NCBI GenBank assembly: GCA_020137815.1
Contig: CM035356.1
Location: 6,076,001 to 6,140,000 of the forward strand
From: Hormiphora californensis
Taxonomy: Eukaryota > Animalia > Ctenophora
Direction of reading: 5' to 3'
DNA length: 64,000 nt
Shown: one piece after another, positions 26,385-51,472 of the stretch
Layout of the letters: the number at the start of each line of letters is the position of its first letter
Position numbering within the stretch: the first letter of the stretch is position 1
Program-made: the position numbers and the translations under genes
Notes under the pieces: generated by a model
The model's database searches: none
Seen by the model: the letters and a program-made list of their open reading frames with translations, nothing else
Told to the model about the DNA's origin: nothing

Positions 26385-28170
26385 TTAGGTGCCGGCAGGC
26401 ACCTCCGACCCGAAGAAAACAGAAAAAACGAAAAAAAAATTTTTGCCCCTGCACCAAATCCAAAAAGTGACGGCCCTATATAGCAGAAGAATAGAAGATT
26501 TTCGGGGGGGGGGGGGGGGGGGGGGGGGGGCAAATTTCAGGCAGCGATTGCGGCCACATCGTTTGAGATATCGACCTGAAATTTTGTAGGCATGTTCTAG
26601 TAGTATAACTACGTGTCATAACGTGGCCGGATTTTTGATTTTTTAATTAATTAATTAATTATAAGCTATCAAAATTTGCCCCTGCACATTGCCCCTGTAC
26701 ATTTTGATTTTTTGCCCCTGCACGCGTGCCCCTGCACACGGTTTATCTTCCGTTCTGCTTGAAATATCGACTTGAAACTTTGTAGGAATGTTCTTCAATC
26801 ATAAAAAATGATATTCGAAAAGTGGGAGTATTGAAAATTAATTAATTAATTAGTTATAGGCATGCAAAAATGGACTTTTTTAGGGCCCCCTGCACTTTTT
26901 TTGAAAATGTACAGGGGCAAATACCCCTGCACATTTTTTGCAATTTTGATATTCAAACTGTGGCCAAACCGTTTGTTTTTTCGAAATGAAACTTTGTATG
27001 CATGTTCTAGTAGTATAACTACGAGTCATAAAAAGGCTGGATTTCTTATTTTTAATTTAACTAATTAATTATAAGTAATTAAAATTTTGCCCCTGCACCA
27101 TCTTTCCCCTGCACCGCTGATTTCGACCCCCTGCACATTTCCTGTTCAAGGCAACTAAAAATGGTATATTTTCTGTTCTGCTATAAATAACGACCTAACA
27201 TTTTGTAGTAATGTAGTTCATGCATATAGAAAGATCGACAAAAAGTGGGAATAGTCAAAATTAATTATCCAATTAATTATAAGCAATTAAAATTTTGCCC
27301 CTGCACATTTTGCCCCTGTACATTTGCGGCAAATGTTGCCCCTGCACATTTTCGGTAAATTTGATATTCGAACTGTGGCCACACCGTTTGATATTTCGAA
27401 ATGAGACTTTGCATGCATGTTCTAGTGGTATAACTACGAGTCATAAAAGAGCCGGATTTCTGATTTTTTAATTAATTAATTAATTATAAGTAATTAAAAC
27501 TTTTGCCCCTGCACAATTTTGTTTGCCCCTGCACAATTTTTGCAACTTTGATATTCAAACTGTGGCCACACCGTTTGAAATTTCGAAATGAAACTTTGTA
27601 TGTATGTTCTAGTAGTATAAATACGAGTCATAACGGAGCCGGATTTTTGATTTTCTAATTAATTAATTAATAATAATCAATTAAAACTTTTGCCCCTGCA
27701 CAGTTTTGGCAAATTTGATATTCAAACTTTGAGCCTTTGTGAAAGTTTCATACAGATGCTGGCGATAGACTCGATAGAGTTCGATTAATTTACTATGACA
27801 TCGGTGTTGGTTACCATAGTAACCAGGGAATTCGTTGTAAAATAGTCCTTTCTTGCTATAAACTCGGCATTTAGATCAAATTTGAGCACCTCTAAAACAA
27901 ATAAGAGCATTAACTTAATTAATGATTAATTAACGTGGTGAGATACAAAATTGATTTTATTCTACTCGCACTAATGCAAGGGCATTTCACAGTTTGGTGC
28001 CGTTATTTTTGTCTCTATTTTTAATAGGATTTTGGGATTAGACTGAAAGTATGGGATCATTTGAGAAGTAGTGAAGATTTAAAATATGTTAGCAACTTGC
28101 CGGTTCGACAAACTAAACCCCTATAATTCCAACTTCGGGTCGGACGAGGGGAAGCTTGCCTTTTGCGATC
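26385..28170. mobile_element. Non-autonomous Helentron/DINE-1-like element with internal degenerate tandem repeats (tttgcccctgcac motif)
   Basis: Subterminal inverted repeat CCGACCCGAAG (~26404) / CTTCGGGTCGG (~28133); repeated ~170-bp internal blocks; no ORF. Confidence 0.5.
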
Positions 28171-28376
28171 ATAACATATGTCATGTCATCATATTGAATT
28201 AGAAATTGTAATCTCAAATTACAGTGTCACCAAATTTCTACGTCAATAAGAATTATATGTACTACCTACAAAAAATAGTGAAACCCACACTGCTAAAGCA
28301 AACCAAAATCAATCATCTACTCTGGATAATAATAGTCCATCTCAAAACCGTGCCTGTGTTGGTCTGTGTGACGTTC

Positions 28377-30007
28377 CTATTTGTCACCGTACTCATCACA
28401 GATCTTGTTATAAAACTTTTTAATTTTCTCCATGTAAACTCGTTTATCAGCGTAACTCCCTGGCATAAAGGACCGCTTGAAACCGTTATAAAGGAGCTCC
28501 CAAAGGTCCTCCCGTGATAGGTCGAACAGGTCAACTGCTAGCCTTACTTCGTCGCACATGGAGGTGGCTGATACAGTCCTGAGAGGGGAGGGGGTTAATT
28601 AGTTATCAAATCAGCCGGTAGTTTGATTATAGTCGAGATATTGGGAAACACGATTACCACAATTTGATGAAAAAAATAGTCAATAGTTCATTGATCATTG
28701 GTGTCTCACTTTACGATTTAAACACCCAGCCAAAACACCCAGCTGTTATTATACCTGTTATCAGTATTGAGGCAAACAGAGAGTTTATCCTTGAGAAACT
28801 TTGGCAGTGGATGTTTTGTCACATTCTCCCGTAGAAAGGGGTCCGTCTGGAAATTGCTAGTCAGACACACCTGATGAGGATATGATGTTGGATTATAATT
28901 GTTCTCTTTTGAATTCTGATTTGTTGAGTTACTCAACAAATTCTGGTAGTAAAGCTAACAAGGTGGCGCTAGTAGCATATCTTGTTCTCTCCTAGTTAAA
29001 GTAAAGAGCTTACCATGACCAACACCATATATGTACCACCCTCCCGATTCTCCCTAACTCACCTCAATACAAATCCTCCTATTAGCAATGAACCGGATAA
29101 TTCCTGCTGCATATTTCTCTTTATCCACAATTTGTGTCTCCGGGTGGAAAAACTCCGTATCGTACAGCCGGGTTCCATGTCCGATCCGTTCGGCAAAGCA
29201 CGCCGTGATCGCTTGAAATATGCTCTCTGGTCCGAATGCCTCCCCTGCGTGAATCGTTTTGTTCATGTGATGCTCGTGTGCGTAGATAAACGCATCTGCA
29301 TGGTCCGCAGCAGGGTAATGGGCCTCACATCCTGCAATGTCGAGCGCCACAATAGGAACATCGTGGGTATCTCGAACGTGTACTGCTGTCTTTGCAATCT
29401 GGAGTGTCGCCAGCCCGAACACTTTTTTGGGGTTTTCGTGTGAGAACATCTCCATAAAGTGCTGGTATACAGGACCTAGATTCTCGTTAAAATACCGCAG
29501 CCCACAGACGATCATCCCGTAACGGTACTCAGGAGCAATCCCCTCTACCACATCAGAATCATTCTTGTTAAACTGCTCTGTTGCACGGGAGAGACCCCTG
29601 TTAACAGCCAGGAGGACCTCCTCGACGGACAGGACTCCCGGGACCACGTGGAGATGCGGACCAAACCGGACCTCGAAGTACCGGACCCCCTCCGTGTAGC
29701 AATCCTCCGCTAGCTCAAAGGACACTCTCTCCAGGGACTCCTTGGTTCGGAGGACAGCCACCAGGTACTGGAATGGACCCAGGTACTCCTCTAGACTGGC
29801 GTAACTGTCCTTAAAGACAGTCTTCTTCAGCCCTTCGACAGTGTAGGATGGAAGATCCACATTCTGCTCCTTTGCGAGATCGATCAGTGTTTGGAGGCGC
29901 ATTGAGCCATCGAGATGCATATGAACATCAGTCTTGGGCAGTAGGCGAATGAGTTCATCAGAGAATTTGGAATTCTTCTTCACCCCTGCTAGGAACCGAG
30001 CTGACAT
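28377..30007 (-). CDS. Adenosine deaminase family protein (amidohydrolase fold), 3 coding exons
   Basis: Exons 29063-30007, 28755-28870 and 28377-28578 splice in frame; motifs LPKTDVHMHLDGS, EGVRYFEVRF, HAGE, RIGHG, EVCLTSN, TDNR. Confidence 0.9.
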
Positions 30008-30349
30008 TCTACAGATAGATACAAACAATAGAAGCGTTACAGATAGAAATGGTAAGATGGATTAGAGACTTCACAGCTTTTAAGTCACTCCCTGCTTGTG
30101 AACACAACTACTCAACACGCAGCTCAGACTAATTAGGAAAGTTACAAGAAATTGTTGGTGAGTACTGAGTAGACCAATAACTTTACTTTGGAGCCAGTTT
30201 GTAGGGTTGGTCGAGGGAAAACCCCTCTCTTGTGTCCAAGAGAGGCCGAGGGGAGGATCGTAGAATATATTATTCTGATGTGTTGTGTGATCATGGACTC
30301 CAGAGTCCAGTCAGTAGTCACCACAGTCCACACGGCAGTCGGCACACGA

Positions 30350-31330
30350 TAGCCTGATCAAAGGACAATTTATCGGCGTCAGTTGGTCACAAATCCCACA
30401 AGCATCCCTAAATCCAAAATTTGCCATTTATTTCGGCCAAACATGAAGGAAAACTGGGGAAAACAGCTTGGCATACGTTGCAGGCCCCTTATAATATAAT
30501 ATAAGGGGCCTGGAGGGAATACCGCGCTGGGGGGGAATACATAAACAATCATATCTCCGGTTCCAGATAAGGTACAGAAATCGTTTTGGTAGCGTTGGAA
30601 AGAGGAAGATAACAGCTTTAAAATGCAACCGGTTTCAGGTCTCTATCTTATCAGGAACAGGAGATATGAACCAAACTCCGCAAAATCGAGTGCGGTAAAA
30701 TAAAAAAATTCGAGATTTTAATTCAAATTTGAAACAAAGTGTCCCTGCAGGGATCTGTGACGTCACTTTTTGAAAACAACCCATCTTTGAACGGTTATTG
30801 CTCAGCCTCCTGAAGTCCAATTTACTTCTCTCAAAAACAGCAAGGTAGATAATTGTCAGATCTAACAGCTAGTGAAAGAATCAAGTCAAACGGACTTCAG
30901 GGGCCAAAGTTATAAGCACCGCCGTTTTTTCGCTCGCAAAGTTATCTTCGACCCAGCCGGGCCCGTCCTGAGCTCAGGCCAAACGCGCGCGCGGCATTCC
31001 CTTCAGTCCCCTCGTTGCGGGGGTGCGCGCATGAGGGGGCTGCAGCGCATTCCAAGAAAACAGCTCTTTTCAACGGATTTTTAAACATTTTCAGATTTCT
31101 GCGAGAAGTCGCTCGTTTGAAATTAACCTTACTGAGCGCGGCGCCAATTTCGGAACATTTTATGGGGCATTTTAAGCCGGGCGCAAAGTTTTGAATACTA
31201 CGATGTAATTAAAGCCGCGCGCGGAAAGAGAAACGCGTACCGTTTAATTTTCAATTTGGTTTTTTAACTTTTTACTTTTAACTTTTATCTTTTTCAGTTT
31301 CACTTTCCAGGTTTAAGCACAGAAATCTCT
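30350..31330. mobile_element. Probable DNA-transposon remnant between the ADA-like and kindlin genes
   Basis: Shares atcatatctccggttcc...cgttggaaag and tcttatcaggaacagga motifs with the 10392-10905 element and with ~63800-63870; ends not defined. Confidence 0.4.
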
Positions 31331-31767
31331 TCACCAGAGATCTATTATTTTATTCTAGTACTTAAAAGTGTTTATTTCGTTGACTGTAGCCTGGTTTCCA
31401 ACTTTTGTGCATGATGCGACAATGAATCATGCGTTGACACGGCAGCAAACTTTAGCGCCATTTAACCAGTTCTTCTTTTTCATCGAATTATTGTATTTGC
31501 ATGCCCCCATTTAACTAACCAAACTTTAGCTCCTGAGAAAAAGTGTGCGTGAGAAACTTAAGACATGTTTCACTATGTCAAGCCGGAGTGAGTATGGTGG
31601 TGAATGTCATGGGCTTTTTCCTCCTAAAAGTGGGCCCATTTGCCTTGTGTATGAAGTGCATATAACTGTCATGTGTCTTTTTGCATGGGTTTATGAAGCA
31701 TCTTTCCAATTTCCCAATACCATTTTATCACGCTGGAAGTTCTACTAAAGGCTCACTTCCCGCCAGA

Positions 31768-44643
<12,876 letters not shown>

Positions 44644-44980
44644 GAGAGAGATATTGAGATAGAGAGGGAGAGAGAGAGAAAGGAAAACTACACTTATCTA
44701 GGACACATGTATGAGTTTTTAAGCCATGAACAATTACTTTACAACTTTGTGCGACTCTTTTTCCTTTTTTTCTGGGTATGATTTCCTTTATTCCACGTTT
44801 TTTGTGTGTTTTACGGCAACATAATATCTATTACCGAAGATTGAAAATCCGAGAAAGACAGTTTTTTTGTGTTTCCCAATATTGAAGAGAATTGAGAACA
44901 ATGATTAATTATCTTAGGAAGAGAGAGAGACTGTGTGATACGTATTCGTGTGTGATTTTTCCAAACTGTTTAGCTATTAA

Positions 44981-46370
44981 GGGTACGCTAACCAAAACTT
45001 TTTTTCGAGTGCAGGGAAATCTCTCACCGTAGGGTTGTAGGCCATGCCAAGGAGACCTCAAATATGCAATTTGAGCTCTCAAGTCGAATTCATATTTTTG
45101 CTACAGCTGTTTAAAATATGTCCTGTAAATACGTTTTTGGCATCTCAAAAAAAATTTTTAAAAGATAGGAGCATGAAAATTTGGGGATTTGAAGAGGACA
45201 TGAAGGTGAATAACCACAGAAAATTTTTTTGCAATCCGAGCTGATTTCCGGTCCTGAGATGGATTTCTTTTTTTCCACTTTAACGCCCTTTTTGGCCAAG
45301 TTCCGAAAACATGTGAAAGCTGTAAATTGGTGAAAAGTTGCGTCTAACGATTATCTAAGTGGCCATAAATTTTAGGCGTGTCCTTATTTGAGATAAGCTG
45401 TACAGAGTTTTTTTTTGTGAAAGCCATCATTTCAGAAATAAATAAATTCCCTGTATCTCAAAAACGACTGATCGTAGAGACCTGAGACTATGCTTAAACG
45501 ATTCAGAAGGTCCGATTTTGGGGGGGTCTTCTGAGAGACATTTTGCTCCTACTTCAACCGTTTTTGCTGTAGTTGCGAAAAACAAAAACCCATCTTCGCC
45601 ATCGTGGATTTTTTGCGATTTTGTTTTTGGTGATTATAGGGACCCATATGGACCAAATAGTGAAGGAATTAGCTTGTTACACATTTTTCCATAGGTTCGG
45701 TCCTTTTTTAGCTAAAATTCCCTAATTACAGGATATTGGATTTTAGCTTTTGCCCTTTTCATAGAATTTGTTTTTCGCAATTACAGCAAAAACGGTTGAA
45801 GTAGGAGCAAAATGTCTCTCAGAAGACCCCCCCAAAATCGGACCTTCTGAATCGTTTAAGCATAGTCTCAGGTCTCTAGGATCAGTCGTTTTTGAGAAAC
45901 AGGGAATTTATTTATTTCTGAAATGATGGCTTTCACAAAAAAAACTCTGTACAGCTTATCTCAAATAAGGACACGCCCAAAATTTATGGCCACTTAGATA
46001 ATCGTTAGACGCAACTTTTCACCAATTTACAGCTTTCACATGTTTTCGGAACTTTGCCAAAAAGGGCGTTAAAGTGGAAAAAAAGAAATCCATCTCAGGA
46101 CCGGAAATCAGCTCGAATTGCAAAAAAAAATTTGCGGTTATTCACCTTCGTGTCCTCTTCAAATCCCCAAATTTTCATGCTCCTATCTTTTTAAAAATTT
46201 TTTTGAGATGCCAAAAACGTATTTACAGGACATATTTTAAACAGCTGTAGCAAAAATATGAATTCGACTTAAGGGCTAAAATTGCATATTTGAGTTCTCC
46301 TTGGTATGGCCTACAACCCTACGGTGAGAAATTTCCCTGCACTCGAAAAAAAATTTTGGTTAGCGTACCC
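44981..46370. mobile_element. 1.39-kb fold-back element with ~600-bp arms and TTAA TSD (Kolobok-like), 340 bp after the kindlin stop
   Basis: TTAA-GGGTACGCTAACCAAAA...TTTTGGTTAGCGTACCC-TTAA; 44981-45587 mirrors 45767-46370. Confidence 0.9.
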
Positions 46371-46918
46371 TTAAGTAACCAGTTTATCCGACTGCGTTTG
46401 TGTGTGTGTGTGTGTGTGTGACATGTGTAGCTTGGCTAGACCTCATTGTCAAATGTTACCATAGGGTAACATTAGAAAGAGAGAGAGAGATAGAGAGAAA
46501 GTGTGGTGATAGGACATTGATTCTTTTGTACATACGTTTTTGTAATCAACACTGGTTTATCTAAGTTCTGTTTACGTGATGCGTGTCCCCTGAACACGAA
46601 CAATGCCCACTTCAGTTAACATTTAAAGCAAGGAAGATGTTGTACGGCTGACTTTTTTTCGTATATTATAACTTAGTTTAACAACTGCACACGCTTTCTA
46701 ATTTCCAATCTTGGCGAAAATTATTTTCAAAATATGAGACAGTAGCTCCTTGTTTCAGCTACTTTAATTTTGTAGTAATATTATAAAAGTTTTATGATTG
46801 GTTTTATAAGCAAAATAGCTTGTTTTTAATGTGGAAGAATGATATGACAGATCCAAAATGCGGCTCATTGACGGTTGGCTCAATGATTTAGCCGTATTTT
46901 CGGCCACTGGGAGTGGGA

Positions 46919-47735
46919 GGGGGGGTGCCGGCCAATAATTAATGAGGATGAGGTCTTGTCCAGCGTTTTTCGAATTAATGAGGGCCCTCAAAAATCCTCA
47001 ATAATCCTCAACAATTATTTTATAGTTTTTACAAAATTTTTGACGATTACGCATATTATTGGGCATACACATTCCTTAATAGGAGTAAAACAGTAAGACA
47101 ATTTTCCCAGATACCCCGGTGATGGTCCTAAAAACATCCTCAAAAGTCCTCAAAATGAGGCAAAATCGTCAATGTAAATATGGGGTAAATTTGTGCTGCC
47201 TGTGCTGCCTCCACTCTGACGCGTGAGGCCCGGGTTCGATTCCCGACCGGGCCCGGGTGGGGACACTTTTTTTTAAACTTTTGCAAACTTTATAAATGAT
47301 TTATAAATGATTTCTAAAAATTTTCTAGACATTTATCTTACTAGGCAGCAAAATTGTTGATTTTTTGGACAAAGTTGGCAGCATATTTGACTGAAAACCG
47401 TATTTATCTAAAATTTTGAAAATCTGGGCACCGGGGTCTTGTCAAGCATGTGAAGTTAAAACTTTGCTAAAAGAAAGCAGTGCTTCAAGTGTGGGAAGCT
47501 AAAGAGTACAGGCAAGAGCATTTGAATTGATAATCAGTGCATTTTATACCTCTAAAATATAATCTATTATTGTTTTTTATCAGGCATTTGCTGTGTTTAT
47601 GTTTCAATAGAACGAACAATTTTTGAGGATTTTTGAGGAATTTTGAGGATTTTTGAGGGCTTGTCCAGCAAATAATAAATGAGGATTTTTGAGGTGACCT
47701 CAAAAATCCTCATAAATTCCGGCCGGAACCCCCCC
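46919..47735. mobile_element. MITE with 8-bp TSD GAGTGGGA containing a tRNA-like 3' half (~47213-47252)
   Basis: TIR GGGGGGGTGCCGGCC / GGCCGGAACCCCCCC; aaaatcctca/tgaggatttt subterminal repeats; internal GGTTCGATTCCC B-box. Confidence 0.75.
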
Positions 47736-48405
47736 GAGTGGGACGGCGGGCTCAATTTTGCGCGTCATGAGATGAGATCATAGCTGAGCTGCGCGCGACC
47801 AAAATGCTGACAATATTTAGGGCCTTGTGAAATTTGGTCCGTCGACGGCGCGTTCCCTCTGGAAAGGTAAACAAAAGATGAGACGACCCAGTCACCAACT
47901 GTACACTCAGACCAGGTACTTTTGTTTGTTCAGGTGAAGTCACTCCTTAACCATTTGGTAAACCTCCTGACATTTTGAAAAGAAAAACAACGATAATTTA
48001 GCTAATGGTAATGTAAGAAATAGAACACATCGCACATTACAAATACACAACTAACCCCATAAAGAGGAGTGAACTCAGTGGAATTCGGAAACCTTTAGTT
48101 AACACATGATGGTTTGATATGAAATCATTCAACCCTTGATACACTCTCTCTCTCAGCCCGATAAAATATGTAAATATTGTGTAAATAGGTGGTAGAAATA
48201 AAAATCGGTCGGTAAAACAGCACTGCTATTATATAGTTCATTAAATCTGATACATTTCTCTCTCGCACATTGCAGCTATCCGCTCTAAATAATAAAGTTT
48301 ATCTTTCGGCCTCCAAAATACAAATGAAACAACAAATTATCTCTCCAATTAATTGAGGTAAGACAACTCCAATTAATCCAGTCTAATTGGGTGGGACAAC
48401 TCCAA

Positions 48406-49641
48406 TTAATTCAGTCTGACTGGATGAGACAACTCCTCAGCCTGATTCCTCATAACAAACACTATCACAATCACGGCCATCTCAAACACCATGAATACAA
48501 GACAGAATACCCCCATCATTGGCATGTAGGTTTGCATCCACTCCACCATGTTGACATAACAACCCTGATTAGAGAGAGGGAGGGAGGGATTAACAACCCT
48601 GACAAGAGAGAGGGAGATTAACATTAACTTGACAAGAGAGAGAGAGATTAACATTAACTTGACAAGAGAGAGGGAGATTAACATTAACTTGACAAGAGAG
48701 AGGGAGATTAACATTAACTTGACAAGAGAGAGGGAGATTAACATTAACATTCTTTTTTCTGACGATTGCGAAAGCATGAAACTATTAGTAAAAAATTAAA
48801 AACTTGTATTACTTTGAGATTAACATTAACTTGACAAGAGAGAGGGAGATTAACATCACGTTAATCAAGATAAAAGAGAGCTGAGAGAGATTTAAATTAA
48901 GTTGTTGTTTAAGTAGAAGGAATGATTAGATGATATGACGATATGTGCAGTGCACAGGATTATTAACCCCAGACTACTTACCCCATTATGTATTGCCTCA
49001 CTGTTACCAAGTGCCTGACCCAATCCACAGCCGGGGGTAGGATTCCACTGATTCGTTAGTCTGGGAAAAAGCGGTTACATAGTTATCACCATGTAGAGAG
49101 ATTGGATCTCAAAACCAAATGAAGCTGTGTTGAGACCTCAAAAACATCTCGATTGTTACTAGAATGCAAATATCCTCGAACCAACTGGAGAATCGAGGAG
49201 AACAAAACAAAGATCTGATAACCCTACTTGGTGATCTGTTTTACACATATAATAATACTAGCGCACCCATTGGGTGCGTCTCAAGTAAGGGCGTTTTGAT
49301 AACCCACCCTTCCGCTGTACCCATCTGCACGTGCAGTATCAACCAACCCGCCCCTAACGACGGTTGCTAGCGACATCTCCAAATTATAATAGAGATGATT
49401 ATTAATCAGGCACTAATTACCCAATTATATACCTTTTACAGCACGAATCAGGGACATCATTAATATGTGATTGAATCCAGATCTTTGCTTTGTTTGCCTC
49501 GATTCTCCAATCAGCGGAGTTTTGTATTCCGCAACAATCGAGATGTTTTTGGAGCCAGTTTATCCCCCGTGTGGTCGAGGAATCACTTGTGTTGTATCGT
49601 GCCATTGCCGTGAGAAAACCGTTGTGGCCGTTTTTAATTCC
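48406..49641 (-). CDS. Tetraspanin variable 3' cassette E (EC2 + TM4 + tail)
   Basis: Exons 49433-49641, 48982-49060, 48406-48564: GIKNGHNG...INWLQKHLDCCG...VPDSCCKRL...GCG...GCYVNMVEW...TM4...HPVRLN*; phase-0 start, GT-AG sites, frame intact. Confidence 0.88.
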
Positions 49642-49890
49642 CTGAAAATAATAAAATTGAAATTGCTTTTTAAGGAATCAATGTATTGATGAGTGAGTGT
49701 GTAGGCGTGTGTATGTGTGTATTGAGTGAAAATCCCGAAATCTCTCTAAAGAGAAAGCACAGAGGTACAAGAAACACACGCACACACGCCCACACAAACA
49801 AACAATCACAACAGCAACACGCAGAATTAATTTGGGGGAAGATAATAATTAGTAATTAAAACACAACACGCTTAAAAAGTGTCCCCGAAA

Positions 49891-50091
49891 TCATTCCGTT
49901 TTCTTGTTTTCCTCTGTCTGCTGTTTTTCAACCTTCCGCTCTCCCCTAATGCCTGAGACGAGATATCTGGCAAACATTTTCCCCACAGTAACCAAGAAGA
50001 AGATGACGATGTACTTGCCGAACCGGTCCCAATAGGGGACGTTGGCCTTCAGGAAATCATTTGTATCGGCGAAGAAGGTGGTATCTAGCAT
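49891..50091 (-). CDS. Putative 66-aa single-TM microprotein nested between cassettes D and E
   Basis: MLDTTFFADTNDFLKANVPYWDRFGKYIVIFFLVTVGKMFARYLVSGIRGERKVEKQQTEENKKTE*; coding-like GC content in AT-rich surroundings, caccATG context, acceptor-like ttagtag just upstream. Confidence 0.55.
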   Translation of the reverse strand: MLDTTFFADTNDFLKANVPYWDRFGKYIVIFFLVTVGKMFARYLVSGIRGERKVEKQQTEENKKTE

Positions 50092-50361
50092 GGTGTGACG
50101 GGTAGCTACTAATAGGGATTTGTGTTTGTTTGTTTGTTTTTGTTGTTGATTTGTTTGCTTGTTTGTTTGTTTGTTTGTTTGTTTACTAAAGTCAACACGG
50201 TTTGTCAAGAACGAAACAAAAGGTAGATTTACTGATTTGAATAGGAATCCAAGTTTTAAAAGGTAATAAAAACGGTACAAAATACATCATCTATCAAATT
50301 ATATTTTAGCAATTATTATTTTGGGAAGGATCAAAGTCAAACTCTCTATTTCCACACTAAG

Positions 50362-51219
50362 TTACTCATATCGTACACGCCGTCCCAGGCAGCCAGCAAT
50401 CATAGCGCAGACAACTTCGAATATGATAAAGATAAAACCGCACACTCCCATGGCTGTGGTATAGTTCATCAGCCAACTTTTGCCTGCTTCATAACAACCC
50501 TGAGAGAGAGAGGGAGGGGTTAGATGTGGGGACTGAGGGAGAGAGCGAGGGAGAGATATTGTTAGAAATGAGTGCCTCCGACTGAGTGTTATTAAATAAT
50601 TTAGTTATCATGTTGTATATATATCTCTCCTATCTAAAACATTATCATTACCTTGGTATACACGTCCTTGTTATTATAACCCGTTGCAGCCCCAGTCCCA
50701 CAACCATCAGCAATCTTAGATTCCAGACAGCACGAATCTGGGGTATCTAGTTCGTGATTACCACCCGACGCTGAGATCCAATAAGTTGAGATGTTCATAT
50801 CCCGACTCCAATCCTCGGCACCATCGACGCCACAGCACTCCAAGTTGGCCTGGAGCCAGTCAATACCTGGGAGATGAGGATAAGATGTCTACTATCACTC
50901 TCGATCAGCTGTGTAGGGCTGATGGCACCGTCCGTGGTGGAGACGTGTGGAGATCACCACAGGGGTCACACCCTCCACATGTTACTACTATCAGTAGAGA
51001 GTATAATATCATCCTTTCAAAGATTTGGGATGGCTTTTGATTGGTCAAACAAAGAGAAGGGTTTCAGTAATCATGGGTTAATTTAACTAACTAATTAATT
51101 AATTAATTAACCACGATTAATTAATTATTACCCATGGTCCAGCTAGAATCCTCTCCATCAACCTGCTTCCCATATTCCACGAGAGCCTCATCCAGACCTG
51201 TCCTCACCAGATTCTCAGC
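50362..51219 (-). CDS. Tetraspanin variable 3' cassette D
   Basis: Exons 51132-51219, 50652-50866, 50362-50499: AENLVRTGLDEALVEYG...GIDWLQANLECCG...TPDSCC...GCG...GCYEAGKSW...TM4...RRVRYE*. Confidence 0.88.
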
Positions 51220-51472
51220 CTGTAAGAGAGAGGGGCATGGTGAGGGGTTTGAGGGAGGGGGAGGGGAGGGGGCGCAGTGTTTGTGGTGAAGTAGCAGCAG
51301 ACAGCAAACAGCGGGGATTTACAAAACATGAAATTGAAACGGTAGAAAAAACAATAATTTTGGTTATATTTGGTCATGCAAAATCATTAGTTATTAGATA
51401 ATTGTCATTGAGTAATTATTCAGTTTTTTAATTGGCTTGTTCAGACTGACTCATGCAGCCTCCGCAATAAAA

